From: Schmidtea polychroa
Taxonomy: Eukaryota
Length of the DNA stretch: 64,000 nt
Direction of reading: 5' to 3'
Assembly (NCBI GenBank): GCA_044892525.1
Contig: CM097885.1
Coordinates: 32,862,001 to 32,926,000 of the forward strand
Below the pieces are notes generated by a model. The model was not told where the DNA came from and did no database searches. It saw nothing but the letters and a program-made list of their open reading frames with translations. Shown one piece after another: positions 1 through 12,709 of this stretch (positions are counted from its first letter, which is position 1; each line of letters starts with the position of its first letter). Position numbers and translations under genes: made by a program.

Positions 1-397
1 GTGGTAATTTAATAAAAATTATGGAATTTGCCTTTTGTTAACCGGGCTCGAATGCGGTCACAGAAAGAGTTTTTTCAATTATTAATAATATGTCAACAGC
101 AGATAAATCGCAATTTAATATTGATACTTTGAAAACAATGTTTATAACAAAATGTAATTTCGAATGCAATATTAGCGAGAACTTCAAGCTGCAAATAGAA
201 AACGGTGAAGTCCTTAAAAAATTCATTCTATCACAAAATACTCATAAAACCAATTAAATTACTTTTATACTATTATTAAATAATTTTTATTGTATTAGTA
301 TTTGTTTCATTTAGAACAATTTTTAAAACAATTTTTTCTAAAATGACCTCCCACTGACTGATGTCCCAGATTGAACTCCAGAAAAATGGTCATCCTA
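1..397 (+). mobile_element. 3' end of a hAT transposon (C-terminal dimerisation region plus terminal repeat)
   Basis: Plus frame from ~42 reads PGSNAVTERVFSIINNMSTADKSQFNIDTLKTMFITKCNF (hAT dimerisation motif S/N-x-x-ERxFS); element ends ATGGTCATCCTA at 397 (reverse complement TAGGATGACCAT, TAGGG-type hAT terminus). Confidence 0.7.
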
Positions 398-419
398 TAC
401 TCATACAAAATATTTCAAC

Positions 420-1400
420 GGATTCACTGTCATCACCAAGTAGAAACGAATAAACTATATAGATTTTAAATTGCTTATTTTAAAAGATTTAACAAAAAAA
501 TTGGATATTTCTCCGATGAAACAAAAGGCAGTAAAATTCAATTAGCTCTGTTTCTGATGAAGGTCCATCTTCTTGAACATTTCCCACGACACATCTGGAT
601 AGTTTCTCAATATTTATATTTTGTGTATTCAGGTTTAATTTTTTGAACTCAACAAAACGATGTTCAAACTAAATGTGCAAGGTCAAAAGTATTTGAATAT
701 GATTTTCTCTTGTATGTGATTCACAATTTATTTCATCTTCCAGCTTTTCTTTCAAACAGGGAAAATACTTGATTTCTTCAAGACATAAGTTATTTTTCCA
801 AAATGAAAGTTTGTTTAACAATGCTTATAAGCTTGAAATCATTTGTCCCGGAAACTGAATATTAAGTTAGTTAATTCATTTTGTGACATCTACAAGAAAA
901 ACAAAGTCTCGCAACCAAGCAAGATTTTCAAGTTGTGAATAGTTTTCAATGTGTTCTTTGAAAAATGCAACTCTTGCAGGTAGCAATTCATTGAAACGGC
1001 GTAAAATATGTCCCTTACTTATTGTTAATTGAGATGTGCCAATTATATTTACAGATTCATCAAGTTTATTAGGTAAATAGCAACATCTGCTAAATCACTT
1101 CCAAACTGCAAAGAAACATCACTAGACATTCTCAACTTGCCTAGTATTGGTAGAAAGCCGCGAGGAATTAATTGCATATAATATATCTGATTTGTTTTTA
1201 AAGCCATCAAATAATACATCTACTGCTTCCTTTGTCATTCCATTTTCTTCGCAAGTTTTTCTTTTTTGCTATTATCTGTGAGGTGCGATAGTATGCAATA
1301 GTAGCTGCCTTGTTTTTATCCATGATTTTTGTAAAAGTACATTGTTGAAGACTTAATTAGTTTTTCAACTATTCTACTTTTGTTTTTCTCACATACGAAG
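420..1400 (-). pseudogene. degenerate GTF2IRD2/EPM2AIP1-like hAT transposase relic
   Basis: Fragments in shifting minus frames: AATIAYYRTSQIIAKKK, KNKSDILYAINSSRLS, LDESVNIIGTSQL, SKGHILRRFNELLP, YSQLENLAWLRDFVFLVDVT; many stops and internal deletions. Confidence 0.7.
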
Positions 1401-1499
1401 CTAAAGGATTATCGTAATCAATAGTGCCATCACTATTCGGGAGAATAGTGATGGACAGGAACCGTGTTTGGCAAGAATAAACTTTTTACAAGCTCTGTA

Positions 1500-2017
1500 A
1501 AAAAGCAAGCGCCTTCAACAGCTGCGAATATGTCATCTTAAAGTTTTTGGAAATGTTAATGAAAAGGATTGCAACACTGCCATGAATTCTAATATTATCT
1601 CTACTTATCCTTCAGGATTAAAAAATAAAGGAGAACCTGGTACACTTCAAAGTCAAACATCAATAATTAAGTTCTTTGTAGGGGACAAGGTAAGAGTAAC
1701 AATGACTTCAGAAACCTTTAAACATTTTCTAATCCAAATGGTGGTCCAAAGTAGTGTGCCTTTAACATTTTTTTTCGGAACCTGCCTTTTTAGGTTTAAA
1801 CAGTGAAATGGCTAAACACTTGGAATTTCGCTGGAAAGAGCTAGCATCAGGAGACTGATACTTGAAGAGGCTAAAATTAAAAAAGATGGATTGCAATAAA
1901 GTTTAAGTTTTGTAAAATTTTGTGTAAAATTATATATAGTCGGAGTCAGATTTAAAATTTTAAAAAAATATAGTCGGAGTCAGGATCGTAATTTTTAGGA
2001 CCGACTCCGTAGCCCTG
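1500..2017 (+). mobile_element. internally deleted hAT element fragment with right terminus
   Basis: Frameshifted KVRVTMTSETFKHFLIQMVVQSSVPLTFFSEPAFLGLNSEMAKHL (hAT transposase N-terminal part); subterminal AGTCGGAGTC repeats and terminus CCGACTCCGTAGCCCTG ending at 2017. Confidence 0.6.
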
Positions 2018-2152
2018 CTTTAAACAGAAAATTTTGGATGAAATAAATTTTAAAAATCATTATGACTTCTGACTTTGTAGATAAAGCTGAAGCTGACAAT
2101 TTTATTTGAGCTAACAGTTACTACTTCAAAAATTTAATTAAATTCATCCAAC

Positions 2153-2821
2153 CTTTTGTTCATTTATTTTCATAGTTGATGAGCAGGAATCTTCTTGATT
2201 TGATGATATTGGAGAGTCAATTAAATATAAATTCCAAAATGGATGGGAATAATCATAAGGTTCATTGCTAATCTCAACTAAAATATCCGATAAGCCCGTG
2301 AATTTCGGAGTGAACGAAGTGACATGATTGCACAAATCAAACTCACAATCTTCAACCCATCTCCAATTAAAATCTATCTTTTGAGCAATTTGGCGAAGTC
2401 GTTTTGTGATTTGATAGTTTTTATTCGAACTTGAATCTAGATTTCCAATTCTTTCCCAAATCACTCTTTTCAACTCGGACAATTCCACTGGTTTATCCAT
2501 GAACAAAACTCCAATCATTGAAGCGCCCGTTTTAGTAACCCAACGAGCTTCTTCGAATGTTAACAAAACGTCAATTTTTCCTTCAGTTGACTTTGCTTTA
2601 GAAAACACCAATCTATATAAATAATAAATTCCATGTACGATTCCTGAAAGCAGGCAAATGATTCCAATAATAGAAATAAGTGGACCAATAAGAATGAAGC
2701 ACATGAAAAATATTGCTAATTCTGAACAACAAGATCCTAATAGATTATCATTGGGATAATAATCAACCTCCGGTGTTTGATCCGAATAATATCGAATATT
2801 TGAAATTCGAGATTTGCTCAT
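2153..2821 (-). CDS. first coding exon of a wax ester synthase/diacylglycerol acyltransferase (WS/DGAT)-like protein with N-terminal membrane segment; gene continues beyond the left edge
   Basis: RLRQ..WRWVEDCEFDLCNHV..LSDILVEISNEPYDYSHPFWNLYLID resembles the WS/DGAT N-terminal half; hydrophobic helix near the N-terminus; probable donor AAG|GTTGGA at 2152; catalytic HHxxxDG not seen in the window. Confidence 0.7.
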
Positions 2822-3450
2822 GATTTCTTGAAATCATTTTTATTCTGTATTTGTCAGCTGCATTTATAATTATCACACGTTTCAGTAATTATAATGAGTT
2901 TTTGACAAATAACCAATCAAAATCATGACAATAATCAACCAATCAAAATCCATTTATTATAATTATTTCTTTATCACTATTCTGTTATTTTTTTTTGCTT
3001 AAAACAATTTTCATATATATAGAAATTCTTTTATTTACAAGGAAAAACTAATTGAAAAGAAATTAATTTCCACAGTTTTTCTTTCTTCGTTCTCAGAGGA
3101 ATAAATAGAGAAATGCGCATTGTTGATACTAGATTGTACTCAAGTTTAATTTGTATTAAATTGGCTATTATTTTCCAAAGCATTCTCGACAATTGAGTAA
3201 ACAAACATAAACTGTTTTGCCTAATTGAATAAAAATATAGTTTTTGGGAATTTAGAGATTTAATCCTAAGGTTTTGTTTCACTATTTTAATTAAAACGTG
3301 GATTAAAATGGAAAATGTCAGTGCACGAATATAACCCAACAGGTAACAAACGTCAATAGGGATTATAAGGAGCCTGTTTTTCACGATTTACTTTGCTTTC
3401 AAGAAATTTATTATAAGAAGAACAACTAAAACAAAATATAATACACATTG

Positions 3451-3526
3451 TTCGCGTCTGTGTGCGCACACATAAAAAATCCAATTTCCGAAAACAAAAC
3501 GCACACAGACGTGACAATTAAACTCA
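3451..3526. repeat. transposon-terminus-like repeat with internal hairpin, second copy at 20395-20468
   Basis: CGCGTCTGTGTGCG..CGCACACAGACGTG..ATTAAACTC matches CGCGTCTGTGTGTG..GCCCACACAGGCGCGATAATTAACCTC at ~20396-20468. Confidence 0.55.
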
Positions 3527-6278
3527 GGATTGACCAGACAAGTTTAGTAGTTAAGCAACAAAAGAAACAGAAGATTAATCAACTAAATACCGCGAGTTTA
3601 TTTACAAGATAAGATGCTCCATTGCAGGAAAAATTATGATATCTGTAATCATAGAAGTAAAACTGTTGCATTATATAATGAAAATTGGACTCCAGTGGAA
3701 TACTTTGCAACCTATCACTAACATTATAGAAACAAAATCGGTTGCTTTTATTTTTAAGTCTGTATGTAAGATTATATTTTGGAATCTATATAATAATATT
3801 TATTTAATTCTATTTTATTTATTTGAACAATACTTGCTAATTATTTTCTTTAAGATGTTTATATAATGCGATTTAAAAATAGCTTTCATTGTTTAATTTT
3901 GTTCTAATAACAGACAGGTCCTTATTAAACCTGCAATGAAGTAAAATGTCATTATATATATTATTTTCCGCTTGAATAGTCATAGAACCTGAAAAATATT
4001 TGTATTTATTGTTTATCGAGATAAATTCTACCAAAAATATATTATTTTCAAAATCAGAAATCACACATTTTGTAAATTGTTTAAAAATGCATTAATGACT
4101 AACCATAATTTTCATATTCTCCTTGGGGAAATGTCTCCCCTACTTGGGAAGCCCTGAAATAGTCATTAATCTTCGTGTTAATAGCTATTAATACTTTTTC
4201 TAGTTAATCATAATTTTATTATTAATGTCATAATGTGTAATAAAAAGTGAATTTTTCAAAATTTATCGTCTGAAATATTTATTTAATAAAATTTTCTAGT
4301 AGAAAATATCAGTTACATTCATCATTAATTAATTTCAGTTTATTTTCCTTACATCGTCTTTACTATAATTCTAGCTAAAATTATAATAAAATGACATAGG
4401 CATTCTGTTTATAAATATTCCTATTCAGTTCATAATATTTATTTTGTCATAAAAATTATTTTCTATGCTTAATTAGGATGTCGAGTTATACTTGCTAAAG
4501 GAGTTTAATAAAACAAATTAATAGAATAAAAGATTTGATTAGGGAAAATATATATTTATTAATAAGGAAATATGCTAAATAACAAATATCTCTAATTTGA
4601 CTATTTTTTCAAAAAATATTTTTTTAAACCCTAATTTTAATCTTATTTTATTTTACAAAGAAAAAATACCTTCAGTGACATTTTTTTTCAATGAGATTCA
4701 CGTCTTACCATTTTTATAATGTGAGATAGAAACATAAATTGTTTTTGTTTTGGAAGATTTCTTTTTAATTTAATATTCACATTCATTAAGGTAGGGTTTT
4801 TTTGGTCATTTGAAAAGTGACTTCATTTTATTTGAAAATCGACTTTTTCTATTGAATTTCAAAATTCAATAAAATAAATTAAATTTTTTAATATATTTAA
4901 AATTAAAAGTTAGTTACAAATTTTACATATAAGTTTTATTGAAAAATCGTTTTATTTCTGTAATTTTAATGGACACTTAACTTGACACTTCTATTTTAAT
5001 GATATCTGACAGCTGACTTCTCTCCGTTGAATGATGTATAATTTATCCAATTTAACTATTTATTTATGCTAGACAGCAGAAAATAAACAAATATTTTGAG
5101 ACTGATAACAACTGATACAGAATTAATGTTTGTTTGAATGAAGAAATGTAAAACATTGATGTTTATTCGAATAATTATTTATTTTGACATTATATTAAGC
5201 AATTCACTTTTAATGTATTGTTAAGGTTCTGCAAATGAATACAAATAAAATTTAAATACCCAAAAAATTCTAATTAAAATATTGCAAATTTAATTAAAAA
5301 TTCAAAAGCAAATTTAAATGTAAAATAAATAATTAAAAATTTAAAAAATCAAAAAGTCAAATGGTTATTAAAATTTATACAATCATTATATATCGATGGG
5401 ATGTTCTACTACAAAAATTAAAAACTTATTAATTAATAAAAAAAATTGTCAACGACATTAATCCTATCAGCATGTTGAGTCAAACTGGACTTGAATTCAC
5501 ACCAAAAGTGTTTATAAACTCAATAGTCTTATATTTCACATTCATATTATTAATTTCAAAATATAAATTTTTACCAACAATTATGATCTTGTAGATCGCT
5601 TTTATCTTTTCGACATTTTTATTTCTAATTTTCAATTAACACATTTATATTACCAAGAAAAGAAAATACTATCATAATTATGAATTTAATAAATTGCAAA
5701 AAATAATTCTAATATTTTATTTTTACTTGAATAAACAAAACCTTTTTCAAAAAATTATTTAGTAAGCGCCTTTATAGTATCAAATAACTTTTCAAATAAC
5801 AAATCAAAATTTAAATTTTAAATATTCATGAAAATAGAATAAAATTCTCTTAGATATAAATAATAAATAATAATTATTAAAAAAAGTTTTCAATCACGCG
5901 CAATGAAATTCGAAAAAAATCACTTATAAAAAGCATAAATTTAAAATATATTTTTTTAAAATAAAACATAAAATTTGAAAATTAATATTTAGCGTTAATT
6001 GATTTAATTGAAAATGACATTTCTTGAAAATCTTGTACATTTGCTATCTTTGATATGAATGTAAAATAAAAGCTCATACTTGTCAATATATCTTTAAAAA
6101 TTTTTAAATGATATTTATTCACATTTTAAAATATTTCAAATTTACATTTAAAACATAAAGATTTAACGAAAAATATTTATTAAATAACAAATAATTCTAA
6201 CAAAGTTCTACTCTCCTTTATTCTTTATTTATAAATTTTCTCTTGTTTGATTTTTTATTGTCTTTGCAAAGATTGCTT

Positions 6279-7262
6279 TTAATTTGATGAATTTCCGTCA
6301 TCGTTTTGAGAATCGCTGTAGTCTATTCTCCTTTTCTCTTTATAATTATGTCCATAACGTTTTTCAGATTCAACAGTTTTTTGTTGAACATTTAAACTTT
6401 TATCTTTTGTTTGATGTTTATTTTTAGTAATTTTTGATATTTGATATCTTAAACGTCTCGATTTAATGATATTTTTTACAGCATTCTTTTGTGAATTAGG
6501 TTTAATCTCTATATTTGGTTGGCTTCCTAGTTTATCATTTTCTTCAATTGCTAAGTTTTCATCGCTAGCATTTTTTACTTCGTTGTCTTTAACATTTTCA
6601 CAGGTTTTCGCTTTGACACATTTGACATTAAAAGTCGACATATTTACTTCTGAAACTTTATAATACATCGTTTTTCTAGGTAATGTTTGATAATCTTCAT
6701 ATGATTGTTCATCAGATTTTATGAATGTATTTTTAACAGAAGATTCAGTTTCATTTCTTACTAACTTTTCTTTATTTTTAATTTCGATTTTCATATTTTT
6801 GATTGCTTTTACAATTTCTAGAGATGATTCACTTTTGACTTCTGGTTTTTCTTTTAAAGCTTTACACTTTTTAATTTCCTTATTCTTTTTTTGTAAAGAT
6901 TCAGTAAAGTTGTCTATAGGTTTTCTATCTTTTACATCCCCTTTTTCCAATAATGTTTTATCAGAATTTTCTTTTAATTTTTGTCGTTTTTCTTTTTGAA
7001 TAGTATTACTAATACTTTCAGAAACAGGAGGTAATTTGTAAGTTCCGGTAGCACTGAAGTTTAATCCGGTGAGTCTTATTATCTCTCCAAGGTCGACAGC
7101 TCTTTTAATTGCCCATCTAATTTTGCTATCAAATTTAGGAGAAATTCCATAATTTTCATGAACATATGCTTTTATTACTTGAAAGGATGTACCATTTGTA
7201 GTATTTGAAGCTGAAATGGCATCTTTAATAATTTTAATATGAATCTGTTTTTCCTCCAACAT
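6279..7262 (-). CDS. linker histone H1/H5 (H15) domain protein, 327 aa, intronless
   Basis: N-terminal winged helix IIKDAISA..NGTSFQVIKAYVHENY..KIRWAIKRAVDLGEI..SATGTYKL followed by a long K/E/N-rich tail; ATG at 7262. Confidence 0.85.
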   Translation of the reverse strand: MLEEKQIHIKIIKDAISASNTTNGTSFQVIKAYVHENYGISPKFDSKIRWAIKRAVDLGEIIRLTGLNFSATGTYKLPPVSESISNTIQKEKRQKLKENSDKTLLEKGDVKDRKPIDNFTESLQKKNKEIKKCKALKEKPEVKSESSLEIVKAIKNMKIEIKNKEKLVRNETESSVKNTFIKSDEQSYEDYQTLPRKTMYYKVSEVNMSTFNVKCVKAKTCENVKDNEVKNASDENLAIEENDKLGSQPNIEIKPNSQKNAVKNIIKSRRLRYQISKITKNKHQTKDKSLNVQQKTVESEKRYGHNYKEKRRIDYSDSQNDDGNSSN

Positions 7263-8681
7263 ATTATCAAAATAGAACTTTTAACAATAATTATTACAAT
7301 TAAATTGAATATAAATTAAAATCTTGTTTAAATATTTATTTGATCTTTGTTATAACAATAAAAAATTATTTGAAATTTAAAAGAAATTTTCTATACAAAA
7401 AAAAATACAAATTATTTTGTATGAAAATTTAATTTTTAAAATAAAAATTTTGATATTAATCACTTTATTTTAAAATGTTGAATTAATATTCAATTAATTA
7501 AAGGTTAAAAATATTATAAAGCGAATGCTGAAATTAAAATAATAAATTATTTAATACTAAGTATTATTATAATAAATATTTTTTTTAGGTATCGAGCAAT
7601 ATTAAATTACGATTATTCAATTGAAGAAATTTTCTTATAATTAGGGCTTGGATTAAAAATAAAAATTATTATTAAAAATTTTAAGTCTAAATAATTAAAA
7701 TTAGAAATTTATCAAAAATTGTGTTAAATCTAACTAAAACCTTAAAATAGGTGACCGGCCAGTATGGTTTTTTAACCGTTTTGAATTTTAACCATTTAAA
7801 CGCCGCAAATTATTTGTACGGCTATACACTACATGCTAAGAAATTTCTAGCAAAAACAAAATCTAAAAACAGTTTATGTAATACTAAACACTATTAGCTT
7901 GTAAAATGAGAACGAAGTCAAATGCGTTTGAACTCTTATTGGGTATGGGTCATGTGACGTGCACGAAAATACAGAGCGAATTAACTCGCTTCTGTCGCCT
8001 AAAAGGTTTAAGAGCCAATAAAACTAAAATCAAAAGAATGTATACTTTGCAATTAGATAGTAGAAAATTAATGGGTATCTTTATGAATTTATTGATCTAT
8101 TGTCATAATAAGCAAAATTTTATTTCATTTATAAACTAAAAATTTCATTTCAATTTTTACCAAATATTTGAATGATTGAGAAATTATATATTTAAATCCT
8201 AAACAAACTTGTTATTATCTCAAAAGTGAATTGTTTCAAAACAAAATTTTATCTAAATTATGGTGTAATTATAAAGAAAAAGAAAATTTTAATTTGTAAA
8301 ATTGTCAATTTTATCTGTATAACAAATGAGAAAATTAATAATCGAAAAAAATATGACTATAGTATCAATTTTTTTAAAAACTCCGACTTGAAAATTAATT
8401 TTGGTTTTAAATATTTTTATTTTTTGTAAATAATTAATTTGACATAGACTCCATTATCTCTTTATTGTTTTGGGTTTTATTAAAAAATTTTACAAAATTT
8501 TCATTTTTAATATTTTTTTATCATTTAGGATTTAGTTATCTTTTAAAAGATTTAGTTTAAAATTTAAAATTTATTTAATTAAATTAAAATTTTAATAAGT
8601 TTCGTCAATGTGTATAAAGACGATAGAGAAAGTAGAGAGATATAATCACCTAGAAAACAAAGAATTATACATTATGTAGAT

Positions 8682-9650
8682 CATAGTTTCTTAACCTTGG
8701 GTCCATGGGTGATTTTTCGGGCGTCCGTCGACTACAATTTAATTCGAAATTTTCAAAAGTTTTTAGCTTCAATTTTATTACCAAACACAACAACAAGAAA
8801 ATAAAACCAGTGTAATTTTTTCAAATCAAAATAGTTTTTTTATTTATTATTTTTTATTTATTATTGCATTAGCAAAATTTTAGTACACCTATCCCCCGGA
8901 TTTACACGGTAGATACGTTCCTGAGAAAACCGTGTAAATCGAAAAGCTTGCAGAAAATGCATAATTTTGCTATTTAACAGTTGTGATTTTTTCAATATTT
9001 TTAGGCGTACACAGAAATAAAAATAAAATGCATTGAAAGGTTAAAATATGTAATATATTACGGAAACACTGTTTTTTTATTTAATTACAATACATTAAAC
9101 AGAAGAACAAAAAATAAAACCAAAGGTGTTTTATTATCCTTCATCACTATCAGAAATTACTCTCATTCTTTTTTTCGGAATCGAAGGTTGGAATTCATTT
9201 TCATCGCTCGAAGTTATTTGTGCCGATTCGATGTTTGAAGCAGAAATATTTACATTCTGAGAGGTGGTAATAAAATCGGTTATTAACAATTGCTTCGAAT
9301 TTTTTGTAAGATCTTTGTAAACTTCTTCAGCATTAGTAGAGTGCGATAAAAACAAAAAAAACTTATTTGAAAAACCGTGTAAAAGCGAAAACGTGTAAAA
9401 CAAGTACCGTGTAAATCGGGGGATAGGTGTATTTGAATTTTATTTTAATAGAAAGTATAATTCTGTAATAAAGTTAAATTCAATTTGGTAAAGCTTTTTA
9501 CAAAGTGATAGTTTTTATAAAGGTAAAATATTTTTTAAGTTTTAATAAAATACTTATTTGAAATGAATTTTTTTAATGCAAAATTTCATATGTTGAACGA
9601 AGTGCTTTCTGAAAAGAGATGTCGGATAGAATCCAGGTTAAGAAACCATG
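8682..9650. mobile_element. non-autonomous hAT (Charlie/Buster-type) MITE
   Basis: Inverted termini CATAGTTTCTTAACCT / AGGTTAAGAAACCATG; flanks ATGTAGAT and ATCTACAT (imperfect 8-bp TSD of the nTCTAGAn type). Confidence 0.7.
8886..9429 (-). mobile_element. pogo/Tigger-like deletion derivative nested in the hAT MITE
   Basis: TIR CACCTATCCCCCG(G)ATTTACACGGTA / TACCGTGTAAATCGGGGGATAGGTG, TA on both sides; retains a transposase-like C-terminal tail KQLLITDF..KKRMRVISDSDEG. Confidence 0.8.
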
Positions 9651-9658
9651 ATCTACAT

Positions 9659-12144
9659 CAGCGGTTCTCAACCTTTTCCTTAGATGTACCCCCAAGAGAA
9701 AAGGTATTTTGTGTGCGTACCTCTACCTAGAACAACATTTATAAATATTTATAAATACACTAATAACATACAATTATATGTGTAATGAACAGTACTAGTT
9801 GTAAACAAACGAAAATTTAATCAATGCGAACATTGAGCTTGTTTTGAGCTGCATAATTTTGCAATGTCAGGCTTTAATTTTGTCAGTTTTAGACGTAAGT
9901 CTGACTCAAGTTCAAGTTTCAATCTGTATTTATTTTTAATTGACAACATTGCAGAAAATCCAGTGTTCGGCTAGAAGTGAATTCTAAACCCAAATCTCGA
10001 AAATGTGACGACATAACACGCACACCTAGCTTTAAGTTTATTTAAATAAACTATATACAACACCAAATAAACAACGGTAATAATGAGTAAAAATAACAAT
10101 TTTCTACAAGTGTGTTCCATGTTAGCTTGATGAGGTAGAGTGGAAGAGTTATTGCGCTTAGGAAAAATCATTAAATTAAGGGACCGGAGCAAATCGGACA
10201 CGTATCTTCTATCGATAGTCCGTGAACCCAAAGAGTGTCCAACAATTATAGTGCAAATAGTGTGCACTCACCCTCTTGATACAGTACCAACGATGATCAC
10301 TCATCGGGTATCAAGCGAAGAAATTGTTATTTGTATTTCGGTTTACGCTGGTAACAGCACGAATAGGTAAAATGTATGCTTGCCTGTAACCCACCACCAA
10401 TTTCACAAATATATAAAGTACTGAAAGGAATTAAAACTATCAAAGCTCGGTCCAAAATTAATCCATATTCTCCTCTTCTTTTTAACCAGAAATCATTCAA
10501 GAAATCTTTGCTAAATTCACTTTTCAGTTCACCATCACATGAAAGGTCGATGAGCTGATCTCTTTCTTGTGCAGAAAAGTCAACTGGCAATTCAGCTTCA
10601 GCAAATGGATTTCGTATCCAACTTCTAACAACCAAATTTTCTGGAAAGTAGGACCTGAAATTCAAAATCAATTGCAAACAATGATTTTTTATATCTTCAA
10701 CCAAGTCTGGATGCATTGGAAGATCATTCTCTGTCAAAAATGTTTGCAATGACATGCCACTATTTTAAAATGTTCAACACGGACTTTATAAGCGTAAGCT
10801 TCTTAATTATTGCATTTACTGTCAGCAACCACAAATGGATTTATATTTCGACCTTGCAAACTCAAATTTAACTCGTTCAGATTACCAAAGATATCAGCTA
10901 AATAGACCAATCTCATTAGCCACAACTCATTCAAAAATAAGTCGCGTCTTTCATAGCTACTATCCATCAAAAACATTTGAGCTTCTTCGCGAAGTTCAAA
11001 GAGTCGAGTTAACACTTTTCCTCGTGACAACCATCTTACCTCTGTGTGCAAAAGAAGCTTCTTGTGATCACTCCCCATTTCATTACACAATATTGAAAAC
11101 ATTCGAGAGTTGAGAGCCCGAGCTTTTATTAAATTAACAACTTTAACTGATTCATCCAGAACGTGTTTTAAACTAGCAGGCATCGCTTTGGTAGCAAGAG
11201 CTTCACGATGGATACTGCCTTGGGTAAACATAGCTTCTAGTGCAACTTGTTGAAATTTGGTTACCACTCCTCCATGTTTGCCAGTCATTGCAGTTGCCCC
11301 ATAAGAGCAAATTCCAACACAATTTAGCCATTTACGGTCATGAAATTATAAAATTTTTTAAATATTTCTGTAGCAGTTTCCGACCAGCTAATGGCTCACA
11401 ACACTGAAATTCTTCTTCAACCGACTGTTCAAATTCATAGCTAACATACACCATCAGCTGTGAAAAGTTTGTAACATCTGTACTCTCATCTAACTGAATC
11501 GCAACGAATTTGCTCTGCTGAATTTTTTGAATGAGAATTGATTTAACTTGTGCTGCTAATTCGTGAATTCTTCGAGAAACAGTACTATCGGACAAAGGAA
11601 CGACATCCAGTTTCTTGACAGCATTTGGTCCTAGTACAGATGACACAATATCTTTTGCTGCAGGCAATATCAGAGTCTCCCCTATTGTATACGGTTTTCC
11701 AGTTTGAGCAATTCTCAGACTGACCAAATATGATGCCTCCAAGCTTTTCGAATTAACTGATGTTAATAGTTTCAGTGTGTTTATACCGTTTAATTCATTT
11801 TCTTTTCTTTTAAAAAATTCGAGTGGTTTATCCTTGAAAATTGCATGCTTTGTATTGAAGTGACGCTGAAGTAGTGAAGGCTTCATCGAATGATACGATA
11901 ATTTTTCAGCACATATGACACATTGAGGCTTTGGATTTCTTTTTTTGCCACACCACGAAAATCCAAAAAATAAATAATTATCATCATATCGCCTAATTTT
12001 TGGCAGTTTTCGATTGTGATAATCTGAGTCTCGATCAGTTCTATCTTCACTGGCGTCGGCGGCTGTTTGTGTTGTTTCAGTGCTTGTGTGTGCGGCGAGA
12101 GAGTACTTTCTTTTTGACGGTTGTTGTTTCAGTCATTTATCCAT
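9659..12144 (-). mobile_element. hAT Buster/Charlie (ZBED5/SCAND3-like) transposon with disrupted transposase
   Basis: Terminus CAGCGGTTCTCAACC at 9659; transposase from MDK*LK (12144) through MKPSLLQRH, QLDESTD, IHREALA, HTEVRWLSRG, WIRNPF, IPFSTLYICE to TGFSAM..KQAQCSH* (9821); several frameshifts and an insertion. Confidence 0.92.
9964..10399 (-). mobile_element. ~436-bp insertion, probable solo LTR, inside the hAT transposase
   Basis: Splits the conserved YICE|TGFS motif; TG..CA ends; on the minus strand AATAAA lies shortly before a terminal AACA; no clean TSD. Confidence 0.45.
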
Positions 12145-12709
12145 ATCTCAGTTTTGAAGTTATATATTTAGTTGTAAATGTTAAATAATCATTAAATATT
12201 TTACGGTTTACATATAGAGCGACGTTTGGTAGTCACACAGATTAACAAAGACCTTATACAGTATGAAGTTTTGAACCATAGAATTGCCAAATACTATTTA
12301 TTGAAGTTGATGCTGGTTATCGTTTATTTACAATTTAAATTTCAATATTCCATGATTAACTGAATTAAATGTCTGATAGATCATTGAACAGTTATACAGT
12401 TGTTAATAAAATGTAACAATCTAAAAATTTAATTCAAAAAATTTGACAGTATATTTAAACAAAAATGCTAACTAAAACTAAATGTTAAAACAAACGTTTT
12501 AATGATTGTTTATTTATTTCTTATAAATAAACGCAACACCTGGAAAATCACTACAAACATGAATAACAAATGTATGTGCAAGGTCTTAATTATAAACACA
12601 AACTATTAACTTAAGATGAATTGAAAATGTTATTATTCGTTTTATTAATCGGTTCAATATTTGAAATATATTACACAAAAATAATTTGAAATAAAAATTT
12701 ATTATCCGT

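Noticed and set aside
6466..6999. Plus-strand hydrophobic ORFs
   Set aside because: Antisense shadows of the K/E-rich H1 gene; the same applies to short ORFs opposite the transposases and LTR ORFs.
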